The translations under genes were made by a program, and so were the position numbers. From Octopus vulgaris (Eukaryota): a stretch of DNA of 64,000 nucleotides. Below the pieces are notes generated by a model. That model made no database searches. It was not told the origin of the DNA and was given only the letters and a program-made list of their open reading frames with translations. The stretch lies in NCBI GenBank assembly GCA_951406725.2, contig OX597820.1, positions 11,284,001 to 11,348,000 of the forward strand, read 5' to 3'. Shown here piece by piece: positions 1 to 14,270 of the stretch (its first letter is position 1; the number at the start of each line of letters is the position of its first letter).

Positions 1-68
<68 letters not shown>
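1..68. repeat. (TA)n microsatellite
   Basis: Pure AT dinucleotide run at window start; dozens of similar TA/TG/GA tracts occur throughout and are not all listed. Confidence 0.97.
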
Positions 69-73
<5 letters not shown>

Positions 74-149
74 GGTGCTCCAGCATCGCCACAGTCAAAT
101 GACTGAAATAAGTAAATGGAATAAAGGAATATGAAATATTGAATTAAAG

Positions 150-490
150 GTGTCGGCATTGCTGTGTGGTTAAGAAGCTCATTTTGCAACCACTTGTTTA
201 CGGGTTCAATCTCAGCGCGCGACGCATGAGCAAATCTTTTCTATTATAGCCCCGGGCTCACCAATGCCTTATGAGCAAATCTGGGAGACGGAAACTGCAT
301 CCCTCCCACCCATCACCTCTTTACACCCCGTATAGGTTTGTTTACGTCTCTGTAACTTAACGGCTTGGCAAAGAACAATCGACATAATAAGTATAAGATT
401 TTTAAAAATTAAGTACTGGCGTCAATTTTAATCCTTCAAAGCGGTGCCACAGCATGGCCGCAGTCCAATGACTAAAACAAGTAAAAGGCA
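150..490 (+). mobile_element. Diverged SINE family A copy
   Basis: tRNA-like head (gctgtgtggttaagaagc...gggttcaatc), gacggaaactg block and tail gcggtgccacagcatggccgcagtccaatgactaaaacaagtaaaa shared with 10217-10640. Confidence 0.8.
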
Positions 491-778
491 GACGATAATA
501 GAATAAAACTGATAAAAAATCACTTAACTATCTTCAAAATGTATTTTAAATGTTTTGTAAATAAAATAACACTGACGATAATGTAATTTAAGAGGTTTCT
601 TTCCTGTTTTCGATTTGTAATAAATAACAGCTAAGTGTCCTTCAAATCACCCTACCAACATAAACAATGAAACGTAATTGGATAAAGTAGTCCTTGATGA
701 CCAATAAACAAATATATAATTAATTTATTGGCCGTCAATTATTTATGACAACGAGTGTTCCAGTTGATCCGATCGATG

Positions 779-995
779 TTGTTGTTGTTGTTGAACAACA
801 AGACGAGTAAGGGTGATTAGGTGATGATCTAGGGCTTAGGGGCGGGAGACCCCAGACCTTAGGGAAAAAAATAAAACAAAAAACTTTGGTCGTCTTGTTG
901 TAGTCGAGGGCTCTACGTTGACGCCCGACACCACTGGGAGGTGGCCCTCGAATTCGCTGGAAATGGAGATCCCCAGGTCCAAATTCTTGAACGGC
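779..995 (-). mobile_element. 5'-truncated non-LTR retroelement 3' end with (CAA)n tail
   Basis: 14-bp direct repeat tgatccgatcgatg at 765-778 and 996-1009 (TSD); (gtt)n on + strand equals a (caa)n tail on - strand. Confidence 0.7.
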
Positions 996-1085
996 TGATC
1001 CGATCGATGGAACAGCCTGCTCGTGAAATTAACGTGCAAGTGGCTGAGTACGCCACAGACACGTGTAGTCTTAATATAGTTCTCG

Positions 1086-1377
1086 TTTGGTAAAGAACGA
1101 GAACGATCGATGTTGTGAAAGGTAGGAGAGTCCAGTTTGCTGGACATTGTTGTAGAGCTGAAAAAGAGGTAATTTCTACTCTTCTCCTCTGGAAGCCATC
1201 TACTCGCAATACCAGAGGGCGCACACTCTCCTATCCTGATGTAATCTCCAGGGATACAGGCATCCGGCAACAGGACCTCCGTGATGCCATGATGGACCGT
1301 GAAGTCTGGCGTAGCATGGTAAATTCCATTGTCTCGACCACGGTCGAGCAATGATGATGATGATGATGATGATGATG
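1086..1377 (+). mobile_element. RTE-type LINE 3' fragment with (ATG)n tail
   Basis: ORF end KGRRVQFAGHCCR...LLLW...MMDREVWR resembles the RTE ORF2 C-terminus; stop followed by (tga)n; TSD atagttctcg (1076-1085) / atagctctcg (1378-1387). Confidence 0.8.
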
Positions 1378-1669
1378 ATAGCTCTCGGGTAGATTCAGCC
1401 TGACACAGAATGTGACAAGGCTGGCCCCTTTGAATTACAGGTACTACTTAATTTTTGTCTGTGGAGTGAACTGGAGGAACGGGAAATAACCTGACTATCT
1501 CGAGGACACAACGCATGGCGGGGAATCGAACTCACGACCTTACGATCATGAACCGAATACACAGCAACTAAGCCACGTACCTTCCACATAATAAGTAAAT
1601 GGATAACTGGATAAGTAAATGACGACGAAGTCATAGCGATAACGTTATTGATCGTCGGTCTCCTCCATC

Positions 1670-1826
1670 GAGGTGTGGCTGTGTGATAGGAAATCTGCTG
1701 TCCAGTCACATGGTTCCGGGTTCAGTCCCACTGCGTGGCACTTTAGGCAAGTGTTTTCTGTTGTAGCCTCGGGGCCGAGCACAGCCTTTTGAGAGGATTC
1801 GGTAAACGGAAACTGTAGAAAACCCG

Positions 1827-1896
<70 letters not shown>

Positions 1897-2060
1897 ATCC
1901 CCCCACCAACGCTTCACGACCGGTGTGGTTACATTCCCGTAACATGGCGGTTCGGCAATAGTGATTGATAGAATAAGTACTAGGCTTTTAAAAAGTACTG
2001 AGGACAATTTGTTCCGCCAGAATTCTTTCAAGGCATTGTCCCAGTTTGACCGTAAGACGT
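1670..2060 (+). mobile_element. SINE family A with internal (GT)n
   Basis: Head ggtgtggctgtgtgatagg...ccgggttcagtcccactgcgtggcac, internal GT tract 1828-1894, tail gatagaataagtactaggc. Confidence 0.85.
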
Positions 2061-2368
2061 AAAAAAAAACAAAACAGAAAATATATCAACAAAGGACTTC
2101 CTCGATGAAGACGGCGTTTGAGTTTCCAGTGAGAAAACAGAAAGAATAACCCAACCGAATCGACAATCAACAAAACACACACACATTACTATTACTATCA
2201 TTCACCAATGTTTGCAATTCATTCACTACACCTGGTGACTCCTCCTGTGAGTCCTCAGACTACATAACCTCAGGCCAAATCACCTCAGGTCACTTATACT
2301 TCTTTTTTTTATCTGTTGTTTATTTAGAATGCATTTCTTTCACTACCAGCGTTTATTAACGATAAGTT

Positions 2369-2372
<4 letters not shown>

Positions 2373-2402
<30 letters not shown>

Positions 2403-2712
2403 TGTATGTATGTATGTATGTATGTATGAATGTATGAATGTATGTATGTATGTATGTATGTATGTATGTATGTATGTATGTATGTATGTATGTATGTATG
2501 TATGTATGTATGTATGTATGTATGTATGTATGTATGTATGTATGTATGTATGTATGTATGTATGTATGTATGTATGTATGTATGTATGTATGTATGTATG
2601 TATGTATGTATGAATGTATGTATGAATGTATGTATGTTTGTATGTATGTATGTATGAATGTATGTATGTATGTATGTATGTATGTATGTATATATGTATG
2701 TATATATGTATG

Positions 2713-2746
<34 letters not shown>

Positions 2747-5700
2747 TGTATGTATGTATGTATGTATGTATGTATGTATGTATGTATGTATGTATGTATG
2801 TATGTATGTATGTATGTATGTATGTATGTATGTATGAATGTATGAATGTATGTATGTATGTATGAATGTATGTATGTATGAATGTATGTATGTATGTATG
2901 TATGTATGTATGTATGTATGTATGTATGTATGTATGTATGTATGTATGTATGTATGTATGTATGTATGTATGTATGTATGTATGTATGTATGTATGTATG
3001 TATGTATGTATGTATGTATGTATGTATGTATGTATGTATGTATGTATGTATGTATGTATGTATGTATGTATGTATGTATGTATGTATGTATGTATGTATG
3101 AATGTATGTATGTTTGTATGAATGTATGTATGTATGTATGTATGTATGTATGTATGTATGTATGTATGTATGTATGTATGTATGTATGTATGTATGTATG
3201 TATGTATGTATGTATGTATGTATGTATGTATGTATGTATGTATGTATGTATGTATGTATGTATGTATGTATGTATGTATGTATGTATGTATGTATGTATG
3301 TATGTATGTATGTATGTATGTATGTATGTATGTATGTATGTATGTATGTATGTATGTATGTATGTATGTATGTATGTATGTATGTATGTATGTATGTATG
3401 TATGTATGTATGTATGTATGTATGTATGTATGTATGTATGTATGTATGTATGTATGTATGTATGTATGTATGTATGTATGTATGTATGTATGTATGTATG
3501 TATGTATGTATGTATGTATGTATGTATGTATGTATGTATGTATGTATGTATGTATGTATGTATGTATGTATGTATGTATGTATGTATGTATGTATGTATG
3601 TATGTATGTATGTATGTATGTATGTATGTATGTATGTATGTATGTATGTATGTATGTATGTATGTATGTATGTATGTATGTATGTATGTATGTATGTATG
3701 TATGTATGTATGTATGTATGTATGTATGTATGTATGTATGTATGTATGTATGTATGTATGTATGTATGTATGTATGTATGTATGTATGTATGTATGTATG
3801 TATGTATGTATGTATGTATGTATGTATGTATGTATGTATGTATGTATGTATGTATGTATGTATGTATGTATGAATGTATGTATGTATGTATGTATGTATG
3901 TATGTATGTATGTATGTATGTATGTATGTATGTATGTATGTATGTATGTATGTATGTATGTATGTATGTATGTATGTATGTATGTATGTATGTATGTATG
4001 TATGTATGTATGTATGTATGTATGTATGTATGTATGTATGTATGTATGTATGTATGTATGTATGTATGTATGTATGTATGTATGTATGTATGTATGTATG
4101 TATGTATGTATGTATGTATGTATGTATGTATGTATGTATGTATGTATGTATGTATGTATGTATGTATGTATGTATGTATGTATGTATGTATGTATGTATG
4201 TATGTATGTATGTATGTATGTATGTATGTATGTATGTATGTATGTATGTATGTATGTATGTATGTATGTATGTATGTATGTATGTATGTATGTATGTATG
4301 TATGTATGTATGTATGTATGTATGTATGTATGTATGTATGTATGTATGTATGTATGTATGTATGTATGTATGTATGTATGTATGTATGTATGTATGTATG
4401 TATGTATGTATGTATGTATGTATGTATGTATGTATGTATGTATGTATGTATGTATGTATGTATGTATGTATGTATGTATGTATGTATGTATGTATGTATG
4501 TATGTATGTATGTATGTATGTATGTATGTATGTATGTATGTATGTATGTATGTATGTATGTATGTATGTATGTATGTATGTATGTATGTATGTATGTATG
4601 TATGTATGTATGTATGTATGTATGTATGTATGTATGTATGTATGTATGTATGTATGTATGTATGTATGTATGTATGTATGTATGTATGTATGTATGTATG
4701 TATGTATGTATGTATGTATGTATGTATGTATGTATGTATGTATGTATGTATGTATGTATGTATGTATGTATGTATGTATGTATGTATGTATGTATGTATG
4801 TATGTATGTATGTATGTATGTATAAATGTATGTATGTATGTATGTATGTATGTATGTATGTATGTATGTATGTATGTATGTATGTATGTATGTATGTATG
4901 TATGTATGTATGTATGTATGTATGTATGTATGTATGTATGTATGTATGTATGTATGTATGTATGTATGTATGTATGTATGTATGTATGTATGTATGTATG
5001 TATGCATGAATGTATGTATGTATGTATGTATGTATGTATGTATGTATGTATGTATGTATGTATGTATGTATGTATGTATGTATGTATGTATGTATGTATG
5101 TATGTATGTATGTATGTATGTATGTATGTATGTATGTATGTATGTATGTATGTATGTATGTATGTATGTATGTATGTATGTATGTATGTATGTATGTATG
5201 TATGTATGTATGTATGTATGTATGTATGTATGTATGTATGTATGTATGTATGTATGTATGTATGTATGTATGTATGTATGTATGTATGTATGTATGTATG
5301 CATGCATGTATGTATGTATGTATGTATGTATGTATGTATGTATGTATGTATGCATGCATGTATGTATGTATGTATGTATGTATGTATGTATGTATGTATG
5401 TATGTATGTATGTATGTATGTATGTATGTATGTATGTATGTATGTATGTATGTATGAATGTATGTATGTATGTATGTATGTATGTATGTATGTATGTATG
5501 TATGTATGTATGTATGTATGTATGTATGTATGTATGAATGTATGTATGTATGTATGTATGTATGTATGTATGTATGTATGTATGAATGTATGTATGTATG
5601 TATTATGTATGTAAGCATGTATGTATGTATGAATGTATGTATGTATGTATGTATGCATGTATGCATGTATGTATGTATGAATGTATGTATGTATGTATGT

Positions 5701-6035
5701 ATGTATGTATGTATGTATGTATGAATGTATGTATGTATGTATGTATGTATGTATGTATGTATGTATGTATGAATGTATGTATGTATGTATTATGTATGAA
5801 TGTATGTATGTATGTATGTATGTATGAATGTATGTATGTATGTATGTATGAATGTATGTATGTATGTATATGTATGTATGTATGTATGTATGTATGAATG
5901 TATGTATGTATGTATGTATGTATGAATGTATGTATGTATGTATTATGTATGTATGTATGTATGAATGTATGTATGTATGTATGTATGTATGTATGTATGT
6001 ATGTATGTATGTATGTATGTATGTATGTATGTATG
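2373..6035. repeat. Giant (TATG)n tetranucleotide array, ~3.7 kb
   Basis: Near-perfect TATG repeat with occasional AATG/CATG variants; source of the spurious HTYI/MYVC ORFs. Confidence 0.98.
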
Positions 6036-6086
6036 TGTATGTATATATATATATATATATATATTTATTTATTTATTTATATATAT

Positions 6087-6243
6087 AGGGAGAGTTTACG
6101 AAAAAAAAACAACAAAAGACGAAGACAGTGGTGTACAAAACAAACAGATGTATTAGTATAGCGCTCAGGAATAGAAAACGTCTTTTACGTTTCTTGCCTC
6201 CGCTCTTCTACAGAAAGGGACACAAAAAAATACAAGGAGAGAA

Positions 6244-6245
<2 letters not shown>
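6087..6245 (-). mobile_element. Short TA-embedded element with hammerhead-like motif (family H1)
   Basis: Homologous to 6805-6980, 25292-25485, 34070-34190 and 39376-39595; - strand ctttctgtagaagagcggaggcaagaaacgtaaaag. Confidence 0.7.
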
Positions 6246-6296
<51 letters not shown>

Positions 6297-6490
6297 GTAA
6301 CATGGCTCAGTGGTTAGAGCGTCGAGCGTGAGGTTGTGAGTTCGAATCCCGGACCGGCCTGCGTGTTGTGTTCTTGAGCAACATACTTTATTTCACGTAG
6401 CTCCAGTTCACTCAGCCGTAGAAATGAGTTGCGACGTCACAGGTAACAAGCTGTATCGGACCTTGCCTTTCCCTTGGATAACACTGGTTA
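6297..6490 (+). mobile_element. tRNA-derived SINE (family C-like head)
   Basis: A box tggctcagtgg, B box gagttcgaatcc, followed by gtgttcttgagcaa...ctccagttcactcagc as at 7365-7620 and 18460-18700. Confidence 0.8.
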
Positions 6491-6496
6491 TATAGT

Positions 6497-6980
<484 letters not shown>

Positions 6981-7364
6981 ATAAATATAAATATAAATAT
7001 ATATATATACCAAATTCAGTAACATGACATTGGTCGCCCGGAGACTATTGTAGAAGACACGTGCCCGAGATACCGATCAGTAGGATTGAACCTGAAGCCA
7101 AATGGTTGCAAAACCAGCTTCTTAACCACACTCCCATGTCTGAACCTAGTCCCTGGTCTTTTTATTTGCGCATTTCTTTCTTTCATCTTTTTACTCCGTC
7201 GCTCCTTTACTATAAATATTGCATTACATCAGATTAAATGTCTGTTAACGTTCAGTAACTGATGACCTTGCTCATACAACATTGAAATGTGACCCGCTAT
7301 TAGATACCTATCTTAATTACTTCGTTGTATGTTGTTGTTTAGTTCCAGGAGTGTTTTGACGGAG

Positions 7365-7620
7365 GAGGTGAAAGACCGTGGCCCAGTGGTTAGGGTGTTG
7401 TGTTCTCGGTTACAAGATCTTGATTTCGATTTCAGCACTAGTCGGTGCGTCATGTTCTTGAACAAAGCACTTCGTTTCACGTTGCTCCAGTCCACTCAGC
7501 TGTAAATGGTTACCAGTCCATCCCGCGACAGACTGGTGTCTCGTTCAGGGGAATGTTGTGATCTCGGTTGCTTATACGCGATGGAAACTGGGTAACTGAC
7601 CCCTTGAGTTCTAGGACTAG
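7365..7620 (+). mobile_element. tRNA-derived SINE (family C-like)
   Basis: tggcccagtggttaggg head and gttgctccagtccactcagctgtaaatg central domain. Confidence 0.7.
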
Positions 7621-7854
7621 AGACAGTAAAGGCCAGATGATTCTATGCTTACTTGATTGAGCAAATCTATGGACAGTGATTCTGTCCCGCCAAATTCCAA
7701 TCTTTTCGTTCTTCATATACCATAGCCCATGTTATCCAAATATCTATACTTAAAACGATACGAATTGATTCAGAGAGAGATTTAGCTACTTCTTCTAGCA
7801 AGTCGAACAGCCATATAAAGGATCCATTCCCCTTCTTGGCTCATTTGAGATATC

Positions 7855-8890
7855 CTTTCTACTATAGGCACAAGGCCTGAAATTTGGGGGTAAAGGAATA
7901 AGTTAATTACATAACTGGTACCTTTTTAAGCCCTCGAAATTGATGAAAGGCAAAGTCGACCTTGGTAGAATTTGAACTCAGAACGTTAAGACGGGTGAAA
8001 TGCCTCTAAACAAATTTTCCATCTTGCTAACGATTCTCCCAGTTCGCCGCCCTGTGTAATGATAATAATAATTCTTTCTGCTATAGGCACAAGGTCTGAA
8101 ACTTGGGAGAAGGTGGTAAATCGATTGCATCGACCCATGTACAAAACTAATACTTATTTTATCGACCCCGAAAGGGATCAAAGACAAAAATCGACCTCGG
8201 TGGAATTCGAACTCAGAACGTAAAGACGGACAAAATGCCATATTCTTTTCTACTCTAGGCATAAGGCCCGAAATTTTGGCGGAGGGAACCAGTCGATTAG
8301 ATCAACCCCAGCACGCAACTGGTACTTAATTTATCGACCCTGAAAGGATGAAAGGTAAAGTCGACCTCGGCAGAATTCGAACTCAGAACGTAAAAACAGA
8401 CGAAATACCTATTTCTGTACTACCCACAAGGGGCTAAACACAGAGAGGACAAACAAGGACAAGCAAACGGATTAAGTCGATTATATCGACCCTAGTGCGT
8501 AACTGGTACTTAATTTGTTGACCCCGAAAGGATGAAAGGCAAAGCCGACCTCGGCGGAATTTGAACTCAGAACGTAACGGCAGACGAAATACCGCAAAGC
8601 ATTTCGCCCGGCGTGCTAACAATTCTGCCAGCTCGTCGCCTGTAGCGGCAGACGAAATACCTATTTCTTTACTACCCACAAGGGGCTAAACACAGAGGGG
8701 ACAAACAAGGACAGACAAACGGAGTAAGTCAATTACATCGACTCCAGTGCGTAACTGGTAGTTAATTTATCGACTCCGAAAGTATGAAAGGCAAAGTCGA
8801 CCTCGGCGGAATTTGAACTCAGAACGTAGCGGCAGACGATATACGGCTACGCATTTCGCCCGGCGTGCTAACATTTCTGCCAGCTCGCAG
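7855..8890 (-). mobile_element. Cluster of tandem SINE family B monomers and multimer
   Basis: Repeated aaaggcaaagtcgacctcggcggaatttgaactcagaacgt core; heads near 8050, 8640 and 8890; 184-bp-type units 8410-8890. Confidence 0.9.
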
Positions 8891-9404
8891 CATTTGAGAT
8901 TTCATGTATGTTCAACTTTCCATAATTTACAAAACATGTTACACCCCTTTTAATAGCGAAGTACTCTTTCAATAATTTTCCTTTTGGCTCGCTTAATTTA
9001 TTAGTAAACTTTTTTCTTTTCAATCGATTATTATTATATAACTGTCTTATCGCGCGTAGTCATCCTGTGATGTGTGTAAGTGTAAAAATATTGTACATAT
9101 TTCAACGCTTTAGTAATACTTGTCTGCTTTTCATGCGGCTAAGTTCGGTTCTTCTATTCAAAATATCTTATCATTTTTCGCCACAAAAATGTTATTTCCT
9201 TGGAACCAAAAAAGTTGTTTCGAAATAAACGAAATAGAAGAGAAAAGAAAAAGAAAAAGAAAAAGAAAAGAGGTGGCACTTATTCATTTCGGTTAACTGT
9301 TTCAAGCTGACTTTTTCAGATTTAGGCTTTTTGTTATAACTTCAAAATGTGTGTATGTGTGTGTCTGTGTGCGCGTGCGAGAGGGTGAGAGTATGTACGG
9401 GTAT

Positions 9405-9501
9405 GATGTATGTATGTATGTATGTATGTATGTATGTATGTATGTATGTATGTATGTATATATATATATATATATATATATACATACATAAAGATATACA
9501 T

Positions 9502-9546
<45 letters not shown>

Positions 9547-9576
9547 AATACCTACATATATATATATGCACATATA

Positions 9577-9619
<43 letters not shown>

Positions 9620-9749
9620 GAATATATATATATATATGAATATATATGCATATATATATATAAATTAATGTATGTATGTATACACACGCACTTATATCAA
9701 TATGTATGCTCATGGCTACAAATACAGGTGTGCATGTATTCAATTGTAC

Positions 9750-9786
<37 letters not shown>

Positions 9787-9808
9787 GCACGCACACACAC
9801 AAACACAC

Positions 9809-9873
<65 letters not shown>
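9405..9873. repeat. Compound TATG/TA/CA/GATA microsatellite
   Basis: Directly visible simple repeats. Confidence 0.9.
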
Positions 9874-10216
9874 CGACGAGCTTCTTTCAGTTTTCGTCAA
9901 TCAATTCCACTCACAAGGCTTTGCTTGGCCCGAGGCTATATTAGAAGGTGCTATGCAGTGGGACTGAACCTGGAACCACGTGGTTGGGAAGCAGACTTCT
10001 TGCCACACAGCCATGCCAGCCCGTATCATAGGCTCACTATACAAGTCTAGCACAAGAGATATATTAAATATATTCGTTCAGTTAATAAGGTAGAAGCAAA
10101 TTCGTTTGATTTGCTGCGCTGGGGAAGCCTTTATAAAATTCATTTGCTTCTGCTTAATCTGAAAATGGCAAAGGAAGAGACACCCAGAAAAATTTGCCAG
10201 TGAGTAAATTAATACA

Positions 10217-10640
10217 GGTGCAGGAGTGGCTGTGTGGTAAGTAGCTTGCTTACTAACTACATGGTTCCGGGTTCAGTCCCACTGCTTGGTACCTTGGGCA
10301 AGTGTTTTTCGGCTTCGGGTCGACCAAAGCCTTGTGAGTGGATTTGGTAGACGGAAACTGAAAGAAGCCCGTCGTATATATGTATATGTATATATATATG
10401 TGTGTGTGTGTGTGTATGTTGTGTATCTGTGTTTGTCCCCCCAACGTCGCTTGACAACCGATGCTGGTGTGTCTACGTCCCCGTAACTTAGCGTTTCAGC
10501 AAAAGAGACCGATAGAATAAGGACTAGGCTTACAAAGAATAAGTCCTGGGGTCGATTTGCTCGTTCGACTAAAGGCAGTGCTCCAACATGGCCGCAGTCA
10601 AATGACTGAGACAAGTAAAAGTATAAAAGAATAAAAGAAT
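10217..10640 (+). mobile_element. Full-length SINE family A
   Basis: ggtgcaggagtggctgtgtggtaagtagc (A box) ...ccgggttcagtccc (B box) ...internal TA/TG tract...caagtaaaagtataaaagaataaaagaat tail. Confidence 0.9.
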
Positions 10641-10824
10641 TCCAGAGTTTTTATTGAGCCCGAAAGAATGAAAGGCAAAGTCGATTTAGGCGCTATTTGA
10701 ACTCAGAACGTAAAGACTAAATGCCGCTAATCATTTTGTCCGGCGTCCTAACGATTCCGTCATCTCACTATTTCCTTCTTTAGACTTCAGCAAATATTCT
10801 GCTCGACTTCTTTGTCTAAGTGTA

Positions 10825-11334
10825 AAAGGTGGGCTACAGTAAATATTCTGCTCAATATCACAGATTTGCTTGTCAGTTGTTTGACCTTAATCAAATGATC
10901 ATGTCCCTTATCTCTTATCTTTCACTAGCCTCAGGACACTGGGTGTGTCTCGGCAGGTGATTGTAACAAACATGCAGATTAAAAATAAATAAATAGATAA
11001 ATAAATAATAATAGCCAAGTTTTGATAGGAATTCTTTGGGGGTCTGAATAATTCATTTCTGAAAACATGGGCGTTTCATTCATCACCCTTAAACAATCCT
11101 TATTCAGAGACTTCTGAGCGGGATGGGCTACTCGACCTAAAGAAATTCTAATTGGGCCTCACCTACAAGGTCATGTGCTGTTTATCGTGATATGAGGTCC
11201 GTATGTCGCGCAGATATGGTTGTGATGCAGGTGCCTGTTATATCCTTAACAGGCGGGTAATTTTGATGGGTGTATTGGGTTTGATATATTTGCACCCCAG
11301 CGTGACATTGATGGCAAGTGCTGCTCTCTCACTC

Positions 11335-11336
<2 letters not shown>
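10825..11336 (+). mobile_element. Non-autonomous retroelement with (TAA)n tail
   Basis: Homologous to reverse complement of 62741-63222; ends ctctctcactc followed by (aat)n; carries an ~100-bp insert 10911-11013 also found at 11862-11978. Confidence 0.75.
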
Positions 11337-11368
<32 letters not shown>

Positions 11369-11507
11369 CGTTATGTACAGTGTGTCTCAGGTTCTTGTTG
11401 TGACTTGACAGACAGTACAAACCCCCGGTAGACACAATATCTTCAATCAACAACCTTGTGATATTGGTTACTGTGCAACATCTTAAATAATAATTATTAT
11501 TATTATG

Positions 11508-11612
11508 ATACTCCGGAAGGTGCTCGAAAAATAAGGGTTGTTACCTTAGTTCACTGGTAGTGAACAGCTAACACTGTAGTACATCTCCAAGCGTTAGAGT
11601 CTGTGCAAAGAC
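11508..11612 (+). mobile_element. R4/Dong-like LINE extreme 3' end
   Basis: ata ctc cgg aag gtg ctc gaa aaa taa = ILRKVLEK*, resembling the RLE-LINE C-terminal ILRKVL motif, then a short UTR and (aat)n. Confidence 0.55.
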
Positions 11613-12215
<603 letters not shown>

Positions 12216-12618
12216 TTATAGTCCTGGCTGAAAGCAATTTGAAAAAATATTGAATGAATATTTAAAAATATCTAAGTTGACAGGTGAGATACGCTTCCTT
12301 GCTTTCTTTTCACGGTTGATGTCATCTCACTTCAGACAAAACCTTAATTCTCTTGGGAAAGTTTGACACGTCTCATTTCCGCTTCCCTTGCCCTTCCAGA
12401 AAATATTGAGCTTTTGTTAAATGTCGAATGGAAATCAAAATTATAATTTTCATTCAAACTGATAAACAACAAATTTTATCTGAAAGCGATGAATCACCGT
12501 AGTTTTTGGATAATTTATGCTCGAAATCGAATGCCGAAACTCCAGTTTAACATCGTTGTGAAAGAGTGTCCGAAATAATAAAAAAAATGGCTTCTCATCG
12601 TTATCTAAGATCTCAGAC

Positions 12619-12815
12619 TCTTTTACTCTTTTACTTGTTTCAGTCATTTGACTGCAGCCATGCTGGAGCACCGCCTTTAGTCGAACAAATAGACCTCCCA
12701 GGCCTTATTCTTTGTATACCTAGTACTTATTCTATCGGGTTTTTTTGCCGAGCCGCTAAGTTACGGGGAACGTAAACACACTAACATTGGTTGTCAAGCG
12801 ATGGTGGGGGGACAA

Positions 12816-12884
<69 letters not shown>

Positions 12885-13035
12885 AACGATGGGCTTCTTT
12901 CAGTCTCCGTCTACCAAATCCACTCACAAGGCGTTGGTCGGCCCGAAGCTAGAAGACATTTGCCCAAGGTACCACGCAGTGGGACTGAACCCGGAACCAT
13001 TTGGTTGGGAAACAAGCTACTTACCACACAGCTAC
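12619..13035 (-). mobile_element. SINE family A
   Basis: Reverse complement of 10217-10640 with internal CA/TA/GATA tract. Confidence 0.9.
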
Positions 13036-13069
13036 GATCAAGATATCTCTACAGGAGACTTTGATAAGT

Positions 13070-13520
13070 ATTGGTTTCAAAATGTTGGTACAAGACCAGC
13101 AATTTTAAGGGAAGAATGAGTCAATTCCATCGACCACAGTATTCAACTGGTACTTATTTTATCGAGCCCCAAAAGAGTTTAAAGGCAAAGTCGACCTAAG
13201 AGGGATTTGAACTCAGAGCATAGAGACGGATGAGATGCCGCTAAGCATCTTGTCCAGTGAGCTAACGCTTCCGCCAGCCCGCCGCCTTGTAAAAGCTCGC
13301 TCTTAATTTTTCTAAATTTTGACACAAGGCCAGCTGGGTCGTGGGGTGGGGTGGGTAAGTGTATTACATCGACTCCAGTATTCAACTGGTAATATTTGGT
13401 ACAGATGAAAGGCAAAGTCAATCTCAATGAAATTTGAACTCAGGACGTAAAGAGCCGGAAGAAACGCCGCTAATAATTTTGTCCGGCATTCTAACGCTCC
13501 CACTAGCTCGCCGTCTTGAA
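13070..13520 (-). mobile_element. Two diverged SINE family B monomers
   Basis: aaaggcaaagtcgacc...tttgaactcag cores with heads near 13287 and 13515. Confidence 0.75.
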
Positions 13521-13598
13521 AAGGCTCACTAATAATTCATTGTAACTTCAGTTATTGATTAAGGTAGTATTTGATCTCAGATCATGCTCATTATTATT

Positions 13599-14192
13599 TT
13601 CTACTCTAGGTACAAGGCCCGAAAGTTTAGGGGAGGGCGCCAGTCGATTAGATCGACTCCAGTACGCAACTGGTAATTAATGTATCGACCCCGAAAGGAT
13701 GAAAGGCAAAGTCGACCTCGGCGGAAGTTGAACTCAGAACGTAGCGGCAGACGAAATACCTGTTTCTTTACTACCCACAAGGGGCTAAACACAGAGGGGA
13801 CAAGCATGGACTGAGAAACGGATTAAGTCGATTAGATCGACCCCAGTGCGTAACCGGTACTTATTTAATCGACTCCGAAAGGATGAAAAGCAAAGTCGAC
13901 TTCGGCGGAATTTGAACTCAGAACGTAGCGGCAGACGAAATACCTATTTGTTTACTACCCACAAGGGGCTAAACACAGAGAGGACAAACAAGGACAGACA
14001 AACGGATTAAGTCGATTATATCGACTCCAGTGCGTAACTGGTACATAGAGGGGACAAACAAGGACAGACCAGTGCGTAACTGGTACTTAATTTATCGACC
14101 ACGAAAGGATGAAAGGCAAAGTCGACCTCGGTGGAATTTGAACTCAGAACGTAACGGCAGACGAAATACCGCTAAGCATTTCGCCCGGCGTG
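13599..14192 (-). mobile_element. SINE family B trimer with TSD
   Basis: Truncated head at 14192 plus three cores; flanked by agatcatgctcattattatt (13579-13598) and agatcatgtttattattatt (14193-14212). Confidence 0.88.
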
Positions 14193-14232
14193 AGATCATG
14201 TTTATTATTATTATTGTGATTATAGTAATCAC

Positions 14233-14270
<38 letters not shown>

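Larger units (their letters stand above)
750..1590 (-). mobile_element. SINE family C copy interrupted by two retroelement insertions
   Basis: Reverse strand begins with tRNA-like A/B boxes (gtggcttagttg...gtgagttcgattccc); same family at 22140-22355; split at 779-995 and 1086-1377. Confidence 0.75.

Noticed and set aside
2324-5897. 1000-aa HTYI / MYVC ORFs
   Set aside because: Translation of (TATG)n, which lacks stop codons; the same applies to the many YI/CV/LSIY ORFs elsewhere
6297-6360. tRNA gene
   Set aside because: A and B boxes present but no acceptor stem; continues into a SINE body
7255-7300. ctgatga...gaaa hammerhead candidate
   Set aside because: Stems I and III cannot be paired; likely chance
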